Positions 1 through 10,294 are shown, counted from the stretch's first letter. The stretch: DNA of 41,441 bases from Alphaproteobacteria bacterium (GCA_022823765.1 JAJEHK010000328.1:1-41441); one strand, 5' to 3'. The notes: generated by a model not told the origin, from the sequence alone. Numbers and translations are program-made.

Positions 1-1
1 C

Positions 2-277
2 TTCATCGGCGCCCGCAGCGAGGTCGTCGAAGGGGTCATCGTCGAGAAGGGCTCGGTGCTCTCCATGGGTGTCTTCATCGGCGCCTCCACCCGGATCGTT
101 CATCGCGAAACGGGTGAAGTCGTCACCGGGCGCGTGCCCGCCGGTTCGGTGGTGGTGCCGGGTTCCCTGCCTCCGAAGGTCCCGGGCGGGCCCTCGCTCT
201 ACTGTGCCGTCATCATCAAGGAAGTCGATGAAAGGACGCGCGCCAAGACGTCGATCAACGAACTCCTGAGAGACTGA
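2..277 (+). CDS. dapD: 2,3,4,5-tetrahydropyridine-2,6-dicarboxylate N-succinyltransferase, 3' part (truncated by window start)
   Basis: Frame from nt 2 reads [27 protein letters not shown]...[10 protein letters not shown]...[26 protein letters not shown], the typical DapD C-terminus. Confidence 0.95.
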   Translation, partial: FIGARSEVVEGVIVEKGSVLSMGVFIGASTRIVHRETGEVVTGRVPAGSVVVPGSLPPKVPGGPSLYCAVIIKEVDERTRAKTSINELLRD

Positions 278-284
278 ACGGCCC

Positions 285-1055
285 TCACGAGTCCGTGAAG
301 TCCGGCTGGCGCTTTTCGATGAAGGCGGCCATGCCTTCGCTCTGATCGTCGGTGGCAAAGAGGGACTGGAAGGCGCGCTTCTCGAATGCGAGACCCTCGG
401 CGAGCGAGGTCTCGAAGGCGCGGTTGATCGCCTGCTTGGCCAGACGCGTGGCGATGCGGCCATGCCCGGCAATGGCATGGGCCACCTCGAGGGCCTCGTC
501 GAGCAACCGGTCGGCAGGCACGACACGCGCCACCAGACCCGACCTTTCGGCTTCCTCGGCATCCATCATGCGCCCGGTCAGGATGAGATCGACGGCCTTC
601 GCCTTGCCGACCGCGCGGGCAAGGCGCTGCGTGCCGCCCATGCCCGGAATGACGCCGAGCCGGATTTCCGGCTGGCCGAACTGCGCGCTGTCGGCGGCGA
701 TGATGATGTCGCACATCATCGCGAGTTCGCATCCACCGCCCAGGGCATAGCCGGCAACAGCGGCGATGGTGGGTGTCCTGAGGGTCCCGAGGCGATCCCA
801 CTCGGCGAAGAGGTCCTCGCCGAAGACGGATGCGAAGTCCTTGTCAGCCATTTCCCGGATGTCGGCGCCGGCGGCAAAGGCCTTTTCGGATCCGGTGATG
901 ACCATGGCGCCGATACCGGGGTCGAGATCGGCCTCCGCCATGACGGCGACGACGTCCCTGGCGAGGCCGGTGTTGAGGGCATTGAGCGCCTGGGGCCGGT
1001 TGAGGCGGAGAAGAAGGACCTTCCCGTCGCGCTCGACGATGACGTGTTCGGACAT
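285..1055 (-). CDS. Enoyl-CoA hydratase (crotonase family)
   Basis: [53 protein letters not shown]; both catalytic Glu present. Confidence 0.93.
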   Translation of the reverse strand: MSEHVIVERDGKVLLLRLNRPQALNALNTGLARDVVAVMAEADLDPGIGAMVITGSEKAFAAGADIREMADKDFASVFGEDLFAEWDRLGTLRTPTIAAVAGYALGGGCELAMMCDIIIAADSAQFGQPEIRLGVIPGMGGTQRLARAVGKAKAVDLILTGRMMDAEEAERSGLVARVVPADRLLDEALEVAHAIAGHGRIATRLAKQAINRAFETSLAEGLAFEKRAFQSLFATDDQSEGMAAFIEKRQPDFTDS

Positions 1056-1062
1056 TCCTGGA

Positions 1063-1950
1063 TCACTCCCTCATCAGTGAGCGGACATGCCGGATGACGG
1101 CCGAAAAGTCGAGATGGCCGCTGCCCGACGCCACCATGGCCTCATAGACGGAGGCTGCCATCGCTCCCATCGGGGTGGCGACATCCACCGAAGCGGCCGC
1201 CTGCTGGCTCAACCCGAGGTCCTTCGACATGAGGGCGGCCGTAAATCCCGGGGCATAGTCGTGATCGGCCGGACTCTCGGGCCCGACGCCCGGAAGGGGA
1301 CAATAGTCGTTCATCGCCCAGCACGATCCCGATGAGGTCGAGACGACATCGAACACCCGTCCGGGATCGAGATCGAGTTTGCGTGCAAGGACGAGCGCCT
1401 CGGCGACGCCGATCATCGAGACTCCGAGAATCATGTTGTTGCAAATCTTGACGGCCTGGCCGCATCCCGGGCCGCCGCACCGCACGATCGTACGGCCCAT
1501 GATGTCGAGCAGCGGACGCACGGCCTCGCAGGCGGACACGTCTCCGCCGACCATGAAGGTCAGGGTTCCGGCCTCGGCGCCGGCAATGCCTCCGGAGACC
1601 GGCGCGTCGACCGACGGCAGGTTTCGTTCCGCCGCCATGTCATGGGCCTGCCTCGCCGAGGCGATGTCGACCGTCGAACAGTCCATCAGGATCGTGTTCG
1701 CACGCAGGTCCGCCACGATCGTGCGGTAGACCGCGAGGAGGGCGGCGCCGTCCGGAAGCATGGTGATCACGACATCGTGGTCTGCGGTTGCGGCGGCCGC
1801 GCTGTCGGCGATGGCGAGACCCTTCGCACGGGCTGCCGCGCGGGCTCTCTCCGCCACGTCGTGGCCGGTGACATCGAGTCCCGCTGCCACCAGATTGCCT
1901 GCCATGGGCGCCCCCATGTTGCCAAGGCCGATGAATCCGACTGACGTCAT
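1063..1950 (-). CDS. mmsB: 3-hydroxyisobutyrate dehydrogenase
   Basis: Start ATG 1950 ([17 protein letters not shown]) overlaps upstream stop; [24 protein letters not shown] motifs; valine catabolism context. Confidence 0.92.
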   Translation of the reverse strand: MTSVGFIGLGNMGAPMAGNLVAAGLDVTGHDVAERARAAARAKGLAIADSAAAATADHDVVITMLPDGAALLAVYRTIVADLRANTILMDCSTVDIASARQAHDMAAERNLPSVDAPVSGGIAGAEAGTLTFMVGGDVSACEAVRPLLDIMGRTIVRCGGPGCGQAVKICNNMILGVSMIGVAEALVLARKLDLDPGRVFDVVSTSSGSCWAMNDYCPLPGVGPESPADHDYAPGFTAALMSKDLGLSQQAAASVDVATPMGAMAASVYEAMVASGSGHLDFSAVIRHVRSLMRE

Positions 1951-2996
1951 GCTTCTCCATCTCCTTCCAGGTCGAGTTCCTCGTCGCCGAGGTGCGCGAA
2001 AAGGGCGGCGACCTCGGCGGGTGTGACATCCTCGAGACGGGCATGGCGCCAGCGCGGGCGGCGATCCCTGTCGATGATCGTCGCGCGGATGCCCTCGAGG
2101 AAGTCCGTCTGCTGCGTCGCCCGCCAGGCAAAGCGAAATTCCATGGCAAGGCAACTTTCGAGATCTGCATGGCGGCGCGCCCGGCGCACGGCCTCGAGTG
2201 CACAGGCGACCGACAGCGGCGAGTGACGCCGGATGGCGCCCAGAGCCTCGAGAGCCCATGGCGAGGACGATCTTTCCAGCCGGGCAACGATGGCCGGGCC
2301 GTCGGCCTCGGAGAACGCTTCGTCGATCTCGTCGAGGCGCGGGGCGAGGACGCCGGCGGGCGGCGTGCCGGCGAGGCCGTCGATGGCGCCGGTTCCCCGG
2401 GTCTCCAGGCCTCTTGCCAGCTCCGGGAGGCGATCTGACGGCATGAAGCGGTCGGCAAAGCCGGCAGCGATGGCGTCCGCCGGACCCATGCGCGTGGCCG
2501 TCATGGCGAGATACTCGCCCAGTCTCCCGGGCGCGCGGGACAGGATCCAGGTGCCGCCGACATCGGGGAGGAATCCGATGGACACCTCCGGCATGGCCAC
2601 CACGGTTCGTTCGGTGACGATGCGATGTGATCCGTGGGCCGACACGCCCACGCCGCCACCCATCACGATGCCGTCCATGAGCGCGACAAAGGGCTTGGGA
2701 TAACGTGCGATCATCCGGTCGAGCCGGTATTCATCGCGCCAGAAGGCGCGTCCGAAGGCGTGATCCCCACCCTTGCCGTGTTCCCACAGACCGAGAATGT
2801 CGCCGCCCGCCGAGAAGGCCCTGTCACCGCGTCCCTCGATGACGACGCCGGTGACGTCGCCGGCATCTCGCCATGTCCTGAGCACCTCGAGGAGCTCTCT
2901 CACCATGGCGTGGGTGAGGGCATTGAGAGACCCGGGCCGGTCCAGCACGAGGCGGCCGAGGCCTCCCTCGCACCATGCCTGGAGATCCTCGGTCAC
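1947..2996 (-). CDS. 3-hydroxyisobutyryl-CoA hydrolase (enoyl-CoA hydratase/isomerase family)
   Basis: GTG 2996 in a GTGA overlap with the acyl-CoA dehydrogenase stop; AFSAGGDI, MDGIVMGGGVG, MPEVSIGFLPDVGG, DFLEGIRA..IDRDRRPRW. Confidence 0.88.
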   Translation of the reverse strand: MTEDLQAWCEGGLGRLVLDRPGSLNALTHAMVRELLEVLRTWRDAGDVTGVVIEGRGDRAFSAGGDILGLWEHGKGGDHAFGRAFWRDEYRLDRMIARYPKPFVALMDGIVMGGGVGVSAHGSHRIVTERTVVAMPEVSIGFLPDVGGTWILSRAPGRLGEYLAMTATRMGPADAIAAGFADRFMPSDRLPELARGLETRGTGAIDGLAGTPPAGVLAPRLDEIDEAFSEADGPAIVARLERSSSPWALEALGAIRRHSPLSVACALEAVRRARRHADLESCLAMEFRFAWRATQQTDFLEGIRATIIDRDRRPRWRHARLEDVTPAEVAALFAHLGDEELDLEGDGEA

Positions 2997-4138
2997 GTAT
3001 CCCGGCCGGTCAGCGCGCGGCCGATGATGAGGCGCATGATCTCGTTGGTGCCCTCGAGTATCTGGTGCACCCTGAGGTCGCGCACGATCTTCTCGATGCC
3101 GTAGTCCGCGAGATAGCCGTAGCCTCCGTGGAGTTGCAGGGCGTCGTTGGCCACGCGAAACGCGGTGTCGGTGACGAAACGCTTGGCCATGGCGCACTGC
3201 ACCGTGGCATCGCCGGCGCCGTGATCGAGCTTCCACGCGGCCTGACGCAACAGGCTGCGTGACGCCTCGAGTTCCGTCGCCATGTCGGCCAGCCGAAATT
3301 GCAGGGCCTGAAACCGGTCGAGGGTCGTGCCGAAGGCGCGGCGCTCGCTCATGTAGGCGATGCTGCGGTCAAGGGCTTCCTGGGCCGCGCCAAGGGAGAC
3401 GGCGGCAATGTTGAGACGGCCGCCGTCGAGACCCGCCATCGCCTGGTGGAAGCCGGCGCCGGTCCCGCCCACGAGGTTGCCGGCCGCGACGCAGCATTCG
3501 TCCATGATCACGTCGGCCGTGGGCTGTGCCCGCCATCCCATCTTCTCTTCCAGCGCACCGAATTCGAGGCCGGGCGTGCCGGCCTCGACGACGATGCACG
3601 AGATGCCTCGCGGTCCCGCGTCGCCGGTGCGCGCCATGACGAGATAGAGATCGGCCAGTCCGGCTCCGGAGATGAAGCTCTTGGTGCCGTTGAGCACGAG
3701 AGAATCGCCGTCGTCGCGGGCGCTCGTAAGAAGTGCGGCGGCATCGGACCCGCTGCCGGGTTCGGTCAGGCAATAGGCGGCGACGAGGTCCAGCGTCACG
3801 AGTCCGGGGAGCCAGCGCGCGCGCTGGGCCGGTGATCCGTACTGGTCGATCATGGCCGCGCACATGTTGTGGATGGAGACGTAGGCCGCGATCGAGGGAC
3901 ACCCGGCGGCCAGGGCCTCGAACACGAAGGTGCCGTCGAGCCGGGAAAGGCCTGCGCCTCCGAATTCCCCGGCGACAAACAGTCCTCCCAGGCCGAGCTC
4001 TCCGGCCTCGCGAAGCAGGGACCTTGGTATGGTCCCGGCTTCCTCGAGATCCCGGGCCACGGGTGCAAGACGGTCACGTGCGAAGGCCCGGGCCATGTCG
4101 AACATGGCCAACTGTTCCGCACTCGGCTCAAGATTCAT
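2993..4138 (-). CDS. Acyl-CoA dehydrogenase, probably isobutyryl-CoA dehydrogenase
   Basis: SIHNMCA, YCLTEPGSGSDAAAL, KMGWRAQPT, GLDGGRLNI, LHGGYGYL, RVHQILEGTNEIMR. Confidence 0.9.
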   Translation of the reverse strand: MNLEPSAEQLAMFDMARAFARDRLAPVARDLEEAGTIPRSLLREAGELGLGGLFVAGEFGGAGLSRLDGTFVFEALAAGCPSIAAYVSIHNMCAAMIDQYGSPAQRARWLPGLVTLDLVAAYCLTEPGSGSDAAALLTSARDDGDSLVLNGTKSFISGAGLADLYLVMARTGDAGPRGISCIVVEAGTPGLEFGALEEKMGWRAQPTADVIMDECCVAAGNLVGGTGAGFHQAMAGLDGGRLNIAAVSLGAAQEALDRSIAYMSERRAFGTTLDRFQALQFRLADMATELEASRSLLRQAAWKLDHGAGDATVQCAMAKRFVTDTAFRVANDALQLHGGYGYLADYGIEKIVRDLRVHQILEGTNEIMRLIIGRALTGRDT

Positions 4139-4335
4139 GCGACGTCATTTCCGGCCGCGCCAGCGTCGATAGCTCCGGTGGTGGCCAGCACACTATTTCC
4201 CGCTCTCGATGCCGTCCACCGCAAGAGGGAGGATCGATGACCGGAACGGCTCTCTGCCTCATCGCCGCCCTTCGGCAGGCTTGCGGGCCGCTCGTTCAAC
4301 GATCCTGATCGCAGGAAGGGCGCAACCGCGCCTGG

Positions 4336-5019
4336 TTATCCGTCACCGGATCCCCTGGATGGAGCGCCGGATGACGGACCGTGACTGAACACCCCGGCGG
4401 CGGGCTGGATGGCGAGGTCGAGCGCGGTCAGAAAGGTCCGGCCGATCAGTTCCAGCTTGCGCACCAGACCGATGCGTTCGGCGATCCCGGCCAGTTCGTC
4501 GGCGGACAGGACATGGCCGATCAGCCCGCAGCCGTCTGCCAGCGTGACGATCACGATATCCCTCGGCTCGGGAATCGTGTCGGTCAGGAGCACGTCCCGG
4601 ATTCGTCCGAACAGCTCGCGCTCGACACTTGCATCGGCGAGGGCATAGTGCCGTGTGCCGAATATCCTGAGGAAGCGGTCATCGCTGACATCGAGGATGC
4701 CGTTGTCGACCAGGCGCGCCAGTGCGGTTTCGCGAATTGCGTCGGCGTGGTGGGTCGCATGCTCCACCCAGTAGAGCGCGTCGCGGGTCTGGTCGGATTG
4801 CGCAATCTCGACGAGTATCGGATCAAGCAGGGGATCGCCAACCGGCGCCGCGTCGATGAGGAACAGCCGCTCGGCATCGGTGTCGATGCGATTCTCCAAT
4901 GCGAGGTCCATCAGGACTGCCCCGCCCAGCGCGTAGCGGACCAGCCATTCCGGGGCCCGCGACAGCGCCCCGTCCTCGTCGCGGAGCAGGAGAAGGAACT
5001 CCTCGGCGAGCCTCATCAT
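4336..5019 (-). CDS. GOLPH3/Vps74 (GPP34)-like protein
   Basis: ATG 5019 overlaps the pit stop (ATGA); LAEEFLLLL, ALGGAVLMDLALENRI, GDPLLD..L..I, LARLVDNGIL....RFLRIFGTRHY resemble bacterial GPP34 family proteins. Confidence 0.75.
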   Translation of the reverse strand: MMRLAEEFLLLLRDEDGALSRAPEWLVRYALGGAVLMDLALENRIDTDAERLFLIDAAPVGDPLLDPILVEIAQSDQTRDALYWVEHATHHADAIRETALARLVDNGILDVSDDRFLRIFGTRHYALADASVERELFGRIRDVLLTDTIPEPRDIVIVTLADGCGLIGHVLSADELAGIAERIGLVRKLELIGRTFLTALDLAIQPAAGVFSHGPSSGAPSRGSGDG

Positions 5020-6284
5020 CCGGCCCCCTGAAGGAATACCGCAGACAGGACGAAGTAGAACGCAACCGCGAGCGCCGCTCCGACGGGAAGCGTCACCACC
5101 CACGATACGAAGATGTTGCGGACCACGCCCAGGTCGAGGGCGCCCACCCCACGCGCGAGACCCACCCCCAGCACGGCGCCCACCAGAGTCTGGGTGGTCG
5201 ATACCGGAAGTCCCGTGCCGCTCGCCACGACGACCGTCGACGCTGCGGCAAACTCGGCGGCAAATCCGCGGCTCGGCGTGAGCTCGGTGATTCTCCTCCC
5301 GATGGTCGCCATGACCCGGTAACCGAATGTCGCCAGGCCGACCACGATTCCGGCTGCGCCGACCAGCAGCACCCAGACCGGAACCGCCGACTTGGCGGCG
5401 ACCCCTCCGGTCGACACCACGCCCACGATCGCCGCGACAGGCCCGATCGCGTTGGCGACGTCATTGGAGCCGTGCGCGAAGGCCATGCCCGACGCGGTCA
5501 CGATCATGAGGATGCCGAACACCTTCTCGACGTCGTTGAACCGCGATTGCCCCCCTGTGGGAGATTCGAGGCTCTGGAAGCGCAATCTGTTGATGACCAG
5601 TCGGAAGATGATGGCGACGATGCCGGCCAGGAGCACCGAATACAGGATCGCCATCGGCATGCTGAGATCCAGGCCGACATGCTTGAGGCCCTTGACGAAG
5701 GTCACGGTGGCGGTCACGAGCACAGCCGCGAAGACGTAGACGGGCACATACCTTCGGGCCTGGATGGCCGGATTGTCCTTGTCGAAGATCAGCCACTGCA
5801 CGCTCAGCACCAGGAGAAACGCGATCAGTCCGGCGATCACCGGGGTGACCACCCAGCTTGCCGCGATCGTTGCCACGTCCCACCAGTGGACGGCCTCGAT
5901 GCCGATTGCGACCACGGCGAACCCGATGATGGCTCCGACGATCGAGTGCGTGGTCGATACGGGCCAGCCGAACCTGGAGGCGACCGTCAGCCAGGCGGCA
6001 GCCGCCAGAAGCGCCGACAGCATGCCGACGACCAGCAGATCGGGATCGTGCTCGAGAGCCTCGGCGTCGATGATGCCCTTGCGGATCGTCGAGGTGACCT
6101 CTCCGCCGGCAAGAAAGGCCCCGAGGAACTCGAATGTTCCGGCGATCACGATGGCGCCGCCGACCGTGATCGCGCCTGAACCAACCGACGTTCCCATCGA
6201 GTTGGCCACGTCGTTGGCGCCGATCGCCCAGGCCATGTAGAGACCGGCGGCGATTGCCGCGATCAGGATGATGGTCAGGCTCAT
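5016..6284 (-). CDS. pit: Inorganic phosphate transporter, PiT family
   Basis: Two PiT signatures GANDVANSMGT and HGSNDVANAIGP; PVSTTH and PVSTTQ; many hydrophobic segments. Confidence 0.93.
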   Translation of the reverse strand: MSLTIILIAAIAAGLYMAWAIGANDVANSMGTSVGSGAITVGGAIVIAGTFEFLGAFLAGGEVTSTIRKGIIDAEALEHDPDLLVVGMLSALLAAAAWLTVASRFGWPVSTTHSIVGAIIGFAVVAIGIEAVHWWDVATIAASWVVTPVIAGLIAFLLVLSVQWLIFDKDNPAIQARRYVPVYVFAAVLVTATVTFVKGLKHVGLDLSMPMAILYSVLLAGIVAIIFRLVINRLRFQSLESPTGGQSRFNDVEKVFGILMIVTASGMAFAHGSNDVANAIGPVAAIVGVVSTGGVAAKSAVPVWVLLVGAAGIVVGLATFGYRVMATIGRRITELTPSRGFAAEFAAASTVVVASGTGLPVSTTQTLVGAVLGVGLARGVGALDLGVVRNIFVSWVVTLPVGAALAVAFYFVLSAVFLQGAG

Positions 6285-6865
6285 GTCCACGGAGTAAGGC
6301 TCCCGGCTCCATCGCCGTTCGGCATGGGCATTCCAACGCACATCCGGTTCGAGTTCAACGTGCGCTTGCGCAACAGGGAAACACACCTTGCGGTCATCGG
6401 TCCCGGTCAGTCAGCCGCCCGTGCGACCGTTTCCCGGAATTCCTGGACGGCGCCGGCTCCCTTCCTGGATCACCACGCGAGGTTCCTGCCGGAAACCGCG
6501 CACGTCGTCCGTGACGTGATGCGTCAACCGGAGCCTCGTTCGCCATGGCGCCTTGTGCCGCATGTCCGCCGACCCGGTTCCACGCAAGACCGGGTGCGTC
6601 CTGCGCGGGACCCTTGCCTCACGTCCCGGGGGTGTTGCACGAAGCACCCCGTCCACTATCCTGTGATCTTGATGGATGCGTGAACTGCACCACAGGCATC
6701 AGGATATCAGCATGGCCCCATGTCCACGCTGAGATGCGGGCCTGGATGGATGACGCCCGCGACGGGTCCTGTGAGTTCCGACCCGCAAGGGGGAAGCCTG
6801 AGGGGCGGAGATAGCCAGACGAACCTGCAGGGCCTTCGCCCTGTTGTTCAAACCGGAGACATATC

Positions 6866-7858
6866 ATGCAGAGTATCATGAACCTCTTGTATTCAGCGCG
6901 ATCGCTGACCGTGCGAAAGGGTCCGGTCGGTGCCGCCCTTTGCGGCCTTGCCTTCGTTTTCGTGCCCCATGCGCAGGCCACGGAAGTCATGGTGAGCATC
7001 AAGCCAGTCCATTCCCTCGTCTCCGGCGTGATGGGAGAGACCGGAGAACCCGGGCTGATGGTCACGGGCGCCGCGTCGCCCCATACCTACCAGATGCGCC
7101 CGTCCGAGGCACAGGCACTGAACTCGGCGGACCTCATAGTGTGGATCGGCGAGAACATGGAGATGTTTCTCGAGCGTCCCATCGAGAACCTCGGAGCCGA
7201 TGCCGAGGTCGTCACCCTGCACGAGGTGGCAAGGATGGAATTGCTGGAGACCCGCGAGGGCGGGCTGTGGCCCGACGAGCACGACGAGGACAAGGAAATG
7301 CACGTCGACGAGCATGACGATCACGGTCACGAGCACGGCGAGTTCGACATGCACATCTGGCTCGATCCGGGAAATGCCGGCCGGATTGTCGAAGTCTCCG
7401 CCGACGCGCTCAGTCGCACCGATCCTGACAATGCCGAGATCTATCGCGCCAACGCCGATGCGATGCTGGAGCGCATCGATGCGCTGGAATCGTCGCTCGT
7501 TGAGCAGCTTGAGCCGGTAAGGCAGCGTGCATTCGTCGTGTTCCACGACGGTTACCAGTATTTCGAACATGCATTCGGTCTCAACACCATCGGCGCCGTC
7601 GCCGTCGATCCGGGCCGCCCGCCCGGCACGAAGCGGATCGTCGAACTGCGCGCCGCCCTTGTCGAGCACGATGTCCAGTGCGTCTTCATCGAGCCCCAGT
7701 TTCCACCGGACCTTGTAGAGACCCTGATCGAGGGAACGGCCGTGCGGACCGCGGAACTCGACCCGATCGGTGTCGATTTCGAAGCCGGTCCGGACGCATG
7801 GTTCGAGACGATGCGCGCCATCGGCGACGCCATTGCCGGATGCGTGGGCGACCAGTGA
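6866..7858 (+). CDS. znuA: Zinc ABC transporter substrate-binding protein
   Basis: Signal peptide, VSIKPVHSLV, ASPHTYQMRPS, acidic His-rich loop, DMHIWLDP, VFHDGYQYFE; GGAG RBS. Confidence 0.9.
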   Translation: MQSIMNLLYSARSLTVRKGPVGAALCGLAFVFVPHAQATEVMVSIKPVHSLVSGVMGETGEPGLMVTGAASPHTYQMRPSEAQALNSADLIVWIGENMEMFLERPIENLGADAEVVTLHEVARMELLETREGGLWPDEHDEDKEMHVDEHDDHGHEHGEFDMHIWLDPGNAGRIVEVSADALSRTDPDNAEIYRANADAMLERIDALESSLVEQLEPVRQRAFVVFHDGYQYFEHAFGLNTIGAVAVDPGRPPGTKRIVELRAALVEHDVQCVFIEPQFPPDLVETLIEGTAVRTAELDPIGVDFEAGPDAWFETMRAIGDAIAGCVGDQ

Positions 7859-7995
7859 ACCAGGTGGAGTGCACACCTGACATTCGACTTGCGGGAGGAT
7901 CACCTGCGGTCCCCAGAATTTGGTAGGGCTGCATCGACATCTCCAGTGCCATCGCATACCTTGTGGCACCGGGCCCCGCTGGATGAAGCGCTGTC

Positions 7996-10284
7996 ATGGA
8001 TCAACTGACGCTGTTCTTCGATTTCCTGTGGTCGTCGTTTCTCGTTCTGGCGCCCATGCTTCTCCTCGGCCTTTTCCTGGCCGGGCTGATCCATGTGTTC
8101 ATATCGCGTGAGGCCGTTCTGAAGTGGCTGAAGCAGGACAGCCTCAAGTCGGTCTCTTCCAGCGCGGCCATCGGTGTTCCCATGCCGCTCTGCAGTTGTT
8201 CGGTGGTGCCGGTCGTGGCCGAGATGCGCCGCAAGGGAGCGTCCCGATCGTCCTGCATGTCCTTCCTGATTACCGCTCCGGAGACCGGAGTGGACTCGAT
8301 TCTGGTCACCCAGGCGTTCTTCGGCTTCATTCCCGCAATCGTGAGACCCGTCGTCAGCTTCATCACGGGCGTGGTGGCGGGCATCTTCTGTATCGGGTTG
8401 ATCCGCGGTCGCGACTCGTTCGATGCGGTCGCGGAAGACGAGGACCATGATCTCCACGATCACGATCACGATCACGGTCACGGCCACTCCCACGGTCACG
8501 GTCACTCCCACAGCCATGAACCGCTTATTCCGGGTGCTGACGACTGCTATGTGAGCGGGCGCGAACTCAAGGGCTTCTTCCTGGTCTGGCTTCGCCGCCT
8601 CAGCGAGAACGTGGGGAGGATCCGGACCACGACATGGATCAAGCCGGAGTTCTACCGCGCGTACCTCGAGCCTGCCAGGGAGACGCCGTCCACGAGTTCC
8701 GAGTCGGAACGGAATCTTGGTGGCGTCACCTTCGCGACCGTCTGTCGACACATCCTGCGTTACGGCTTCGTCGACGTCGCCGACGATATCCTGTTCGCCC
8801 TGCTGGTGGGTGTCGCGCTCGGCGGCGTCATCTATCTTGCGATACCCAGCGACCTCATGGCTTACGAGTACGCGCGCTGGATCTCGTATCCCGTCATGGT
8901 CCTGGTGGGTATCCCGCTCTATATCTGCGCCTCCGCCAGCACGCCGATCGCGGCGGCCCTGGTCGCCAAGGGATTCAGTCCCGGCGCGGCGCTCATCTTC
9001 CTGATGACCGGTCCTGCCACCAACACCGGGACGATCGCCATCATCGTGAGCCAGTTCGGCGCGCGCTTTGCCTCCGTCTACGTCGGCTCCGTGGTGGCCG
9101 TGACGATGGTTCTGGGCATCGCCATCGATCTCCTCATGATCGCATTCGGGCTCTCGCTTGCCGTCAACCTGGACGCTTCCGACTCACCGGCGATCATGAT
9201 CGTCCAGTGGGGCGGCGCCATCGGGCTCATCGCGCTCATCATCTGGCGGTTCCGTGCCGGAGCGTTGAAGAGCGGATACCACGATCTGCTTTCGAACATG
9301 CGCCCGGTTTCCGTGCCGTTCAAGGCATGGTGGTCCCGCGTGACCCGCAGTGCATCGGTGACGGGGACCATCAACCCGCGCACGCCGGCCGGAAGGGCCG
9401 TCTGGCTGGCACTCGTCGCCGCATTCCTGCTGAGCGGTTTCACGGTCGTGAAGCCCGGCGAAGTCGGCTACGGACGCCTTTTCGGCGCGGTCGTGTGGAA
9501 GGACCTGCCGCCGGGCCTGCACTACCTTGCGCCCAGCCCCTTCGTCAGCGCCGACAAGTGGCCGGTCAGCGAAGTGAAATCCGTCAACAGCGGAGGCAGC
9601 TACGAGTACCTCACCGGCGATGTCAATCTCATGTCCATGTCGGTGAACGTGCAGTACCGGGTCAGCGATCCCTACTCCTATCACTATCGGACCGCGAACC
9701 CTGAACAGGCCATCGTCGACAATGTGCGCAAGGAACTCCGCAAGTTCGTGGCCGGGCGGTCCCTGGACGACCTGCTGAACGTCGAACGCGCGGCCCTGCA
9801 AACCCACATTGAAGATGTCTTCGAGGATCGTGTTCCGGGCGGCGACAACGAAGTGCTCGACACCATCGAACTCGTCAAGGTGAACCTGCTTTCCGCGAAG
9901 CCCATCGATGCAACGATGAGCGCCTTCAGGGAGGTCTCGAGCTCCCAGGACGACAGGGAACGCATCATCGTCAATGCCCAGCGCCTGCTGGTCATGGTGA
10001 TACCCCGGGCGCATGGCAATGCGGCCTACGAACTCGAGCAGGCCAAAGGGGAAGCGGCAAGGAGGACGATCACCTCCGGGGCGGAGAGCGAAGCCATTCG
10101 CCTGATCGCCGGCGTGGTTCGCCTGACACCCGAAGTCCTTCGCAACATGCTCTGGAGGGAGAAGCTGGAGGTCTCTCTCGCCGGCAGGAGCAAGATCATC
10201 GTCCCGAGCGAGGAAACCCTGAACAGGGTAGCCTTGTGGAAATCATCGAACGGCGGCGCCATGCCCATGGCGCCCCACCACTGA
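7996..10284 (+). CDS. ArsP/DUF318 (SO_0444-like) metal permease with His-rich loop, fused to C-terminal HflK-like SPFH domain
   Basis: PLCSCSVVP, ITAPETGVDS, GIPLYICASASTPIAA, FLMTGPATN permease motifs; after a TM helix (~9400) FTVVKPGEVG...PGLHY...YLTGDVNL..V.VQYRV.DP and AFREVSSSQDDRERII..A...IPRAHG.A (HflK-like); one uninterrupted 762-aa ORF. Confidence 0.82.
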   Translation: MDQLTLFFDFLWSSFLVLAPMLLLGLFLAGLIHVFISREAVLKWLKQDSLKSVSSSAAIGVPMPLCSCSVVPVVAEMRRKGASRSSCMSFLITAPETGVDSILVTQAFFGFIPAIVRPVVSFITGVVAGIFCIGLIRGRDSFDAVAEDEDHDLHDHDHDHGHGHSHGHGHSHSHEPLIPGADDCYVSGRELKGFFLVWLRRLSENVGRIRTTTWIKPEFYRAYLEPARETPSTSSESERNLGGVTFATVCRHILRYGFVDVADDILFALLVGVALGGVIYLAIPSDLMAYEYARWISYPVMVLVGIPLYICASASTPIAAALVAKGFSPGAALIFLMTGPATNTGTIAIIVSQFGARFASVYVGSVVAVTMVLGIAIDLLMIAFGLSLAVNLDASDSPAIMIVQWGGAIGLIALIIWRFRAGALKSGYHDLLSNMRPVSVPFKAWWSRVTRSASVTGTINPRTPAGRAVWLALVAAFLLSGFTVVKPGEVGYGRLFGAVVWKDLPPGLHYLAPSPFVSADKWPVSEVKSVNSGGSYEYLTGDVNLMSMSVNVQYRVSDPYSYHYRTANPEQAIVDNVRKELRKFVAGRSLDDLLNVERAALQTHIEDVFEDRVPGGDNEVLDTIELVKVNLLSAKPIDATMSAFREVSSSQDDRERIIVNAQRLLVMVIPRAHGNAAYELEQAKGEAARRTITSGAESEAIRLIAGVVRLTPEVLRNMLWREKLEVSLAGRSKIIVPSEETLNRVALWKSSNGGAMPMAPHH
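8445..8517 (+). repeat. Low-complexity (CAC-GAT/CAC-GGT)n tract encoding the His-rich loop HDLHDHDHDHGHGHSHGHGHSHSH
   Basis: Imperfect 6-nt tandem units directly visible inside the permease ORF. Confidence 0.8.
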
Positions 10285-10294
10285 GACGATCACC

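Noticed and set aside
285-4138. Valine catabolic operon lacking mmsA
   Set aside because: mmsA is frequently encoded elsewhere; ordinary variation.
4237-4308. 23-codon ORF with GGAGG RBS between acyl-CoA dehydrogenase and GPP34-like gene
   Set aside because: Too short, no recognisable motif, may be chance.
6785-6830. Complete cobalamin riboswitch upstream of znuA
   Set aside because: Only a loose 3' B12-box-like string; the conserved 5' core (GGGAA..GGTG.AA.TCC, GCCCCCGC.ACTGT, GCCACTG) is not visible.
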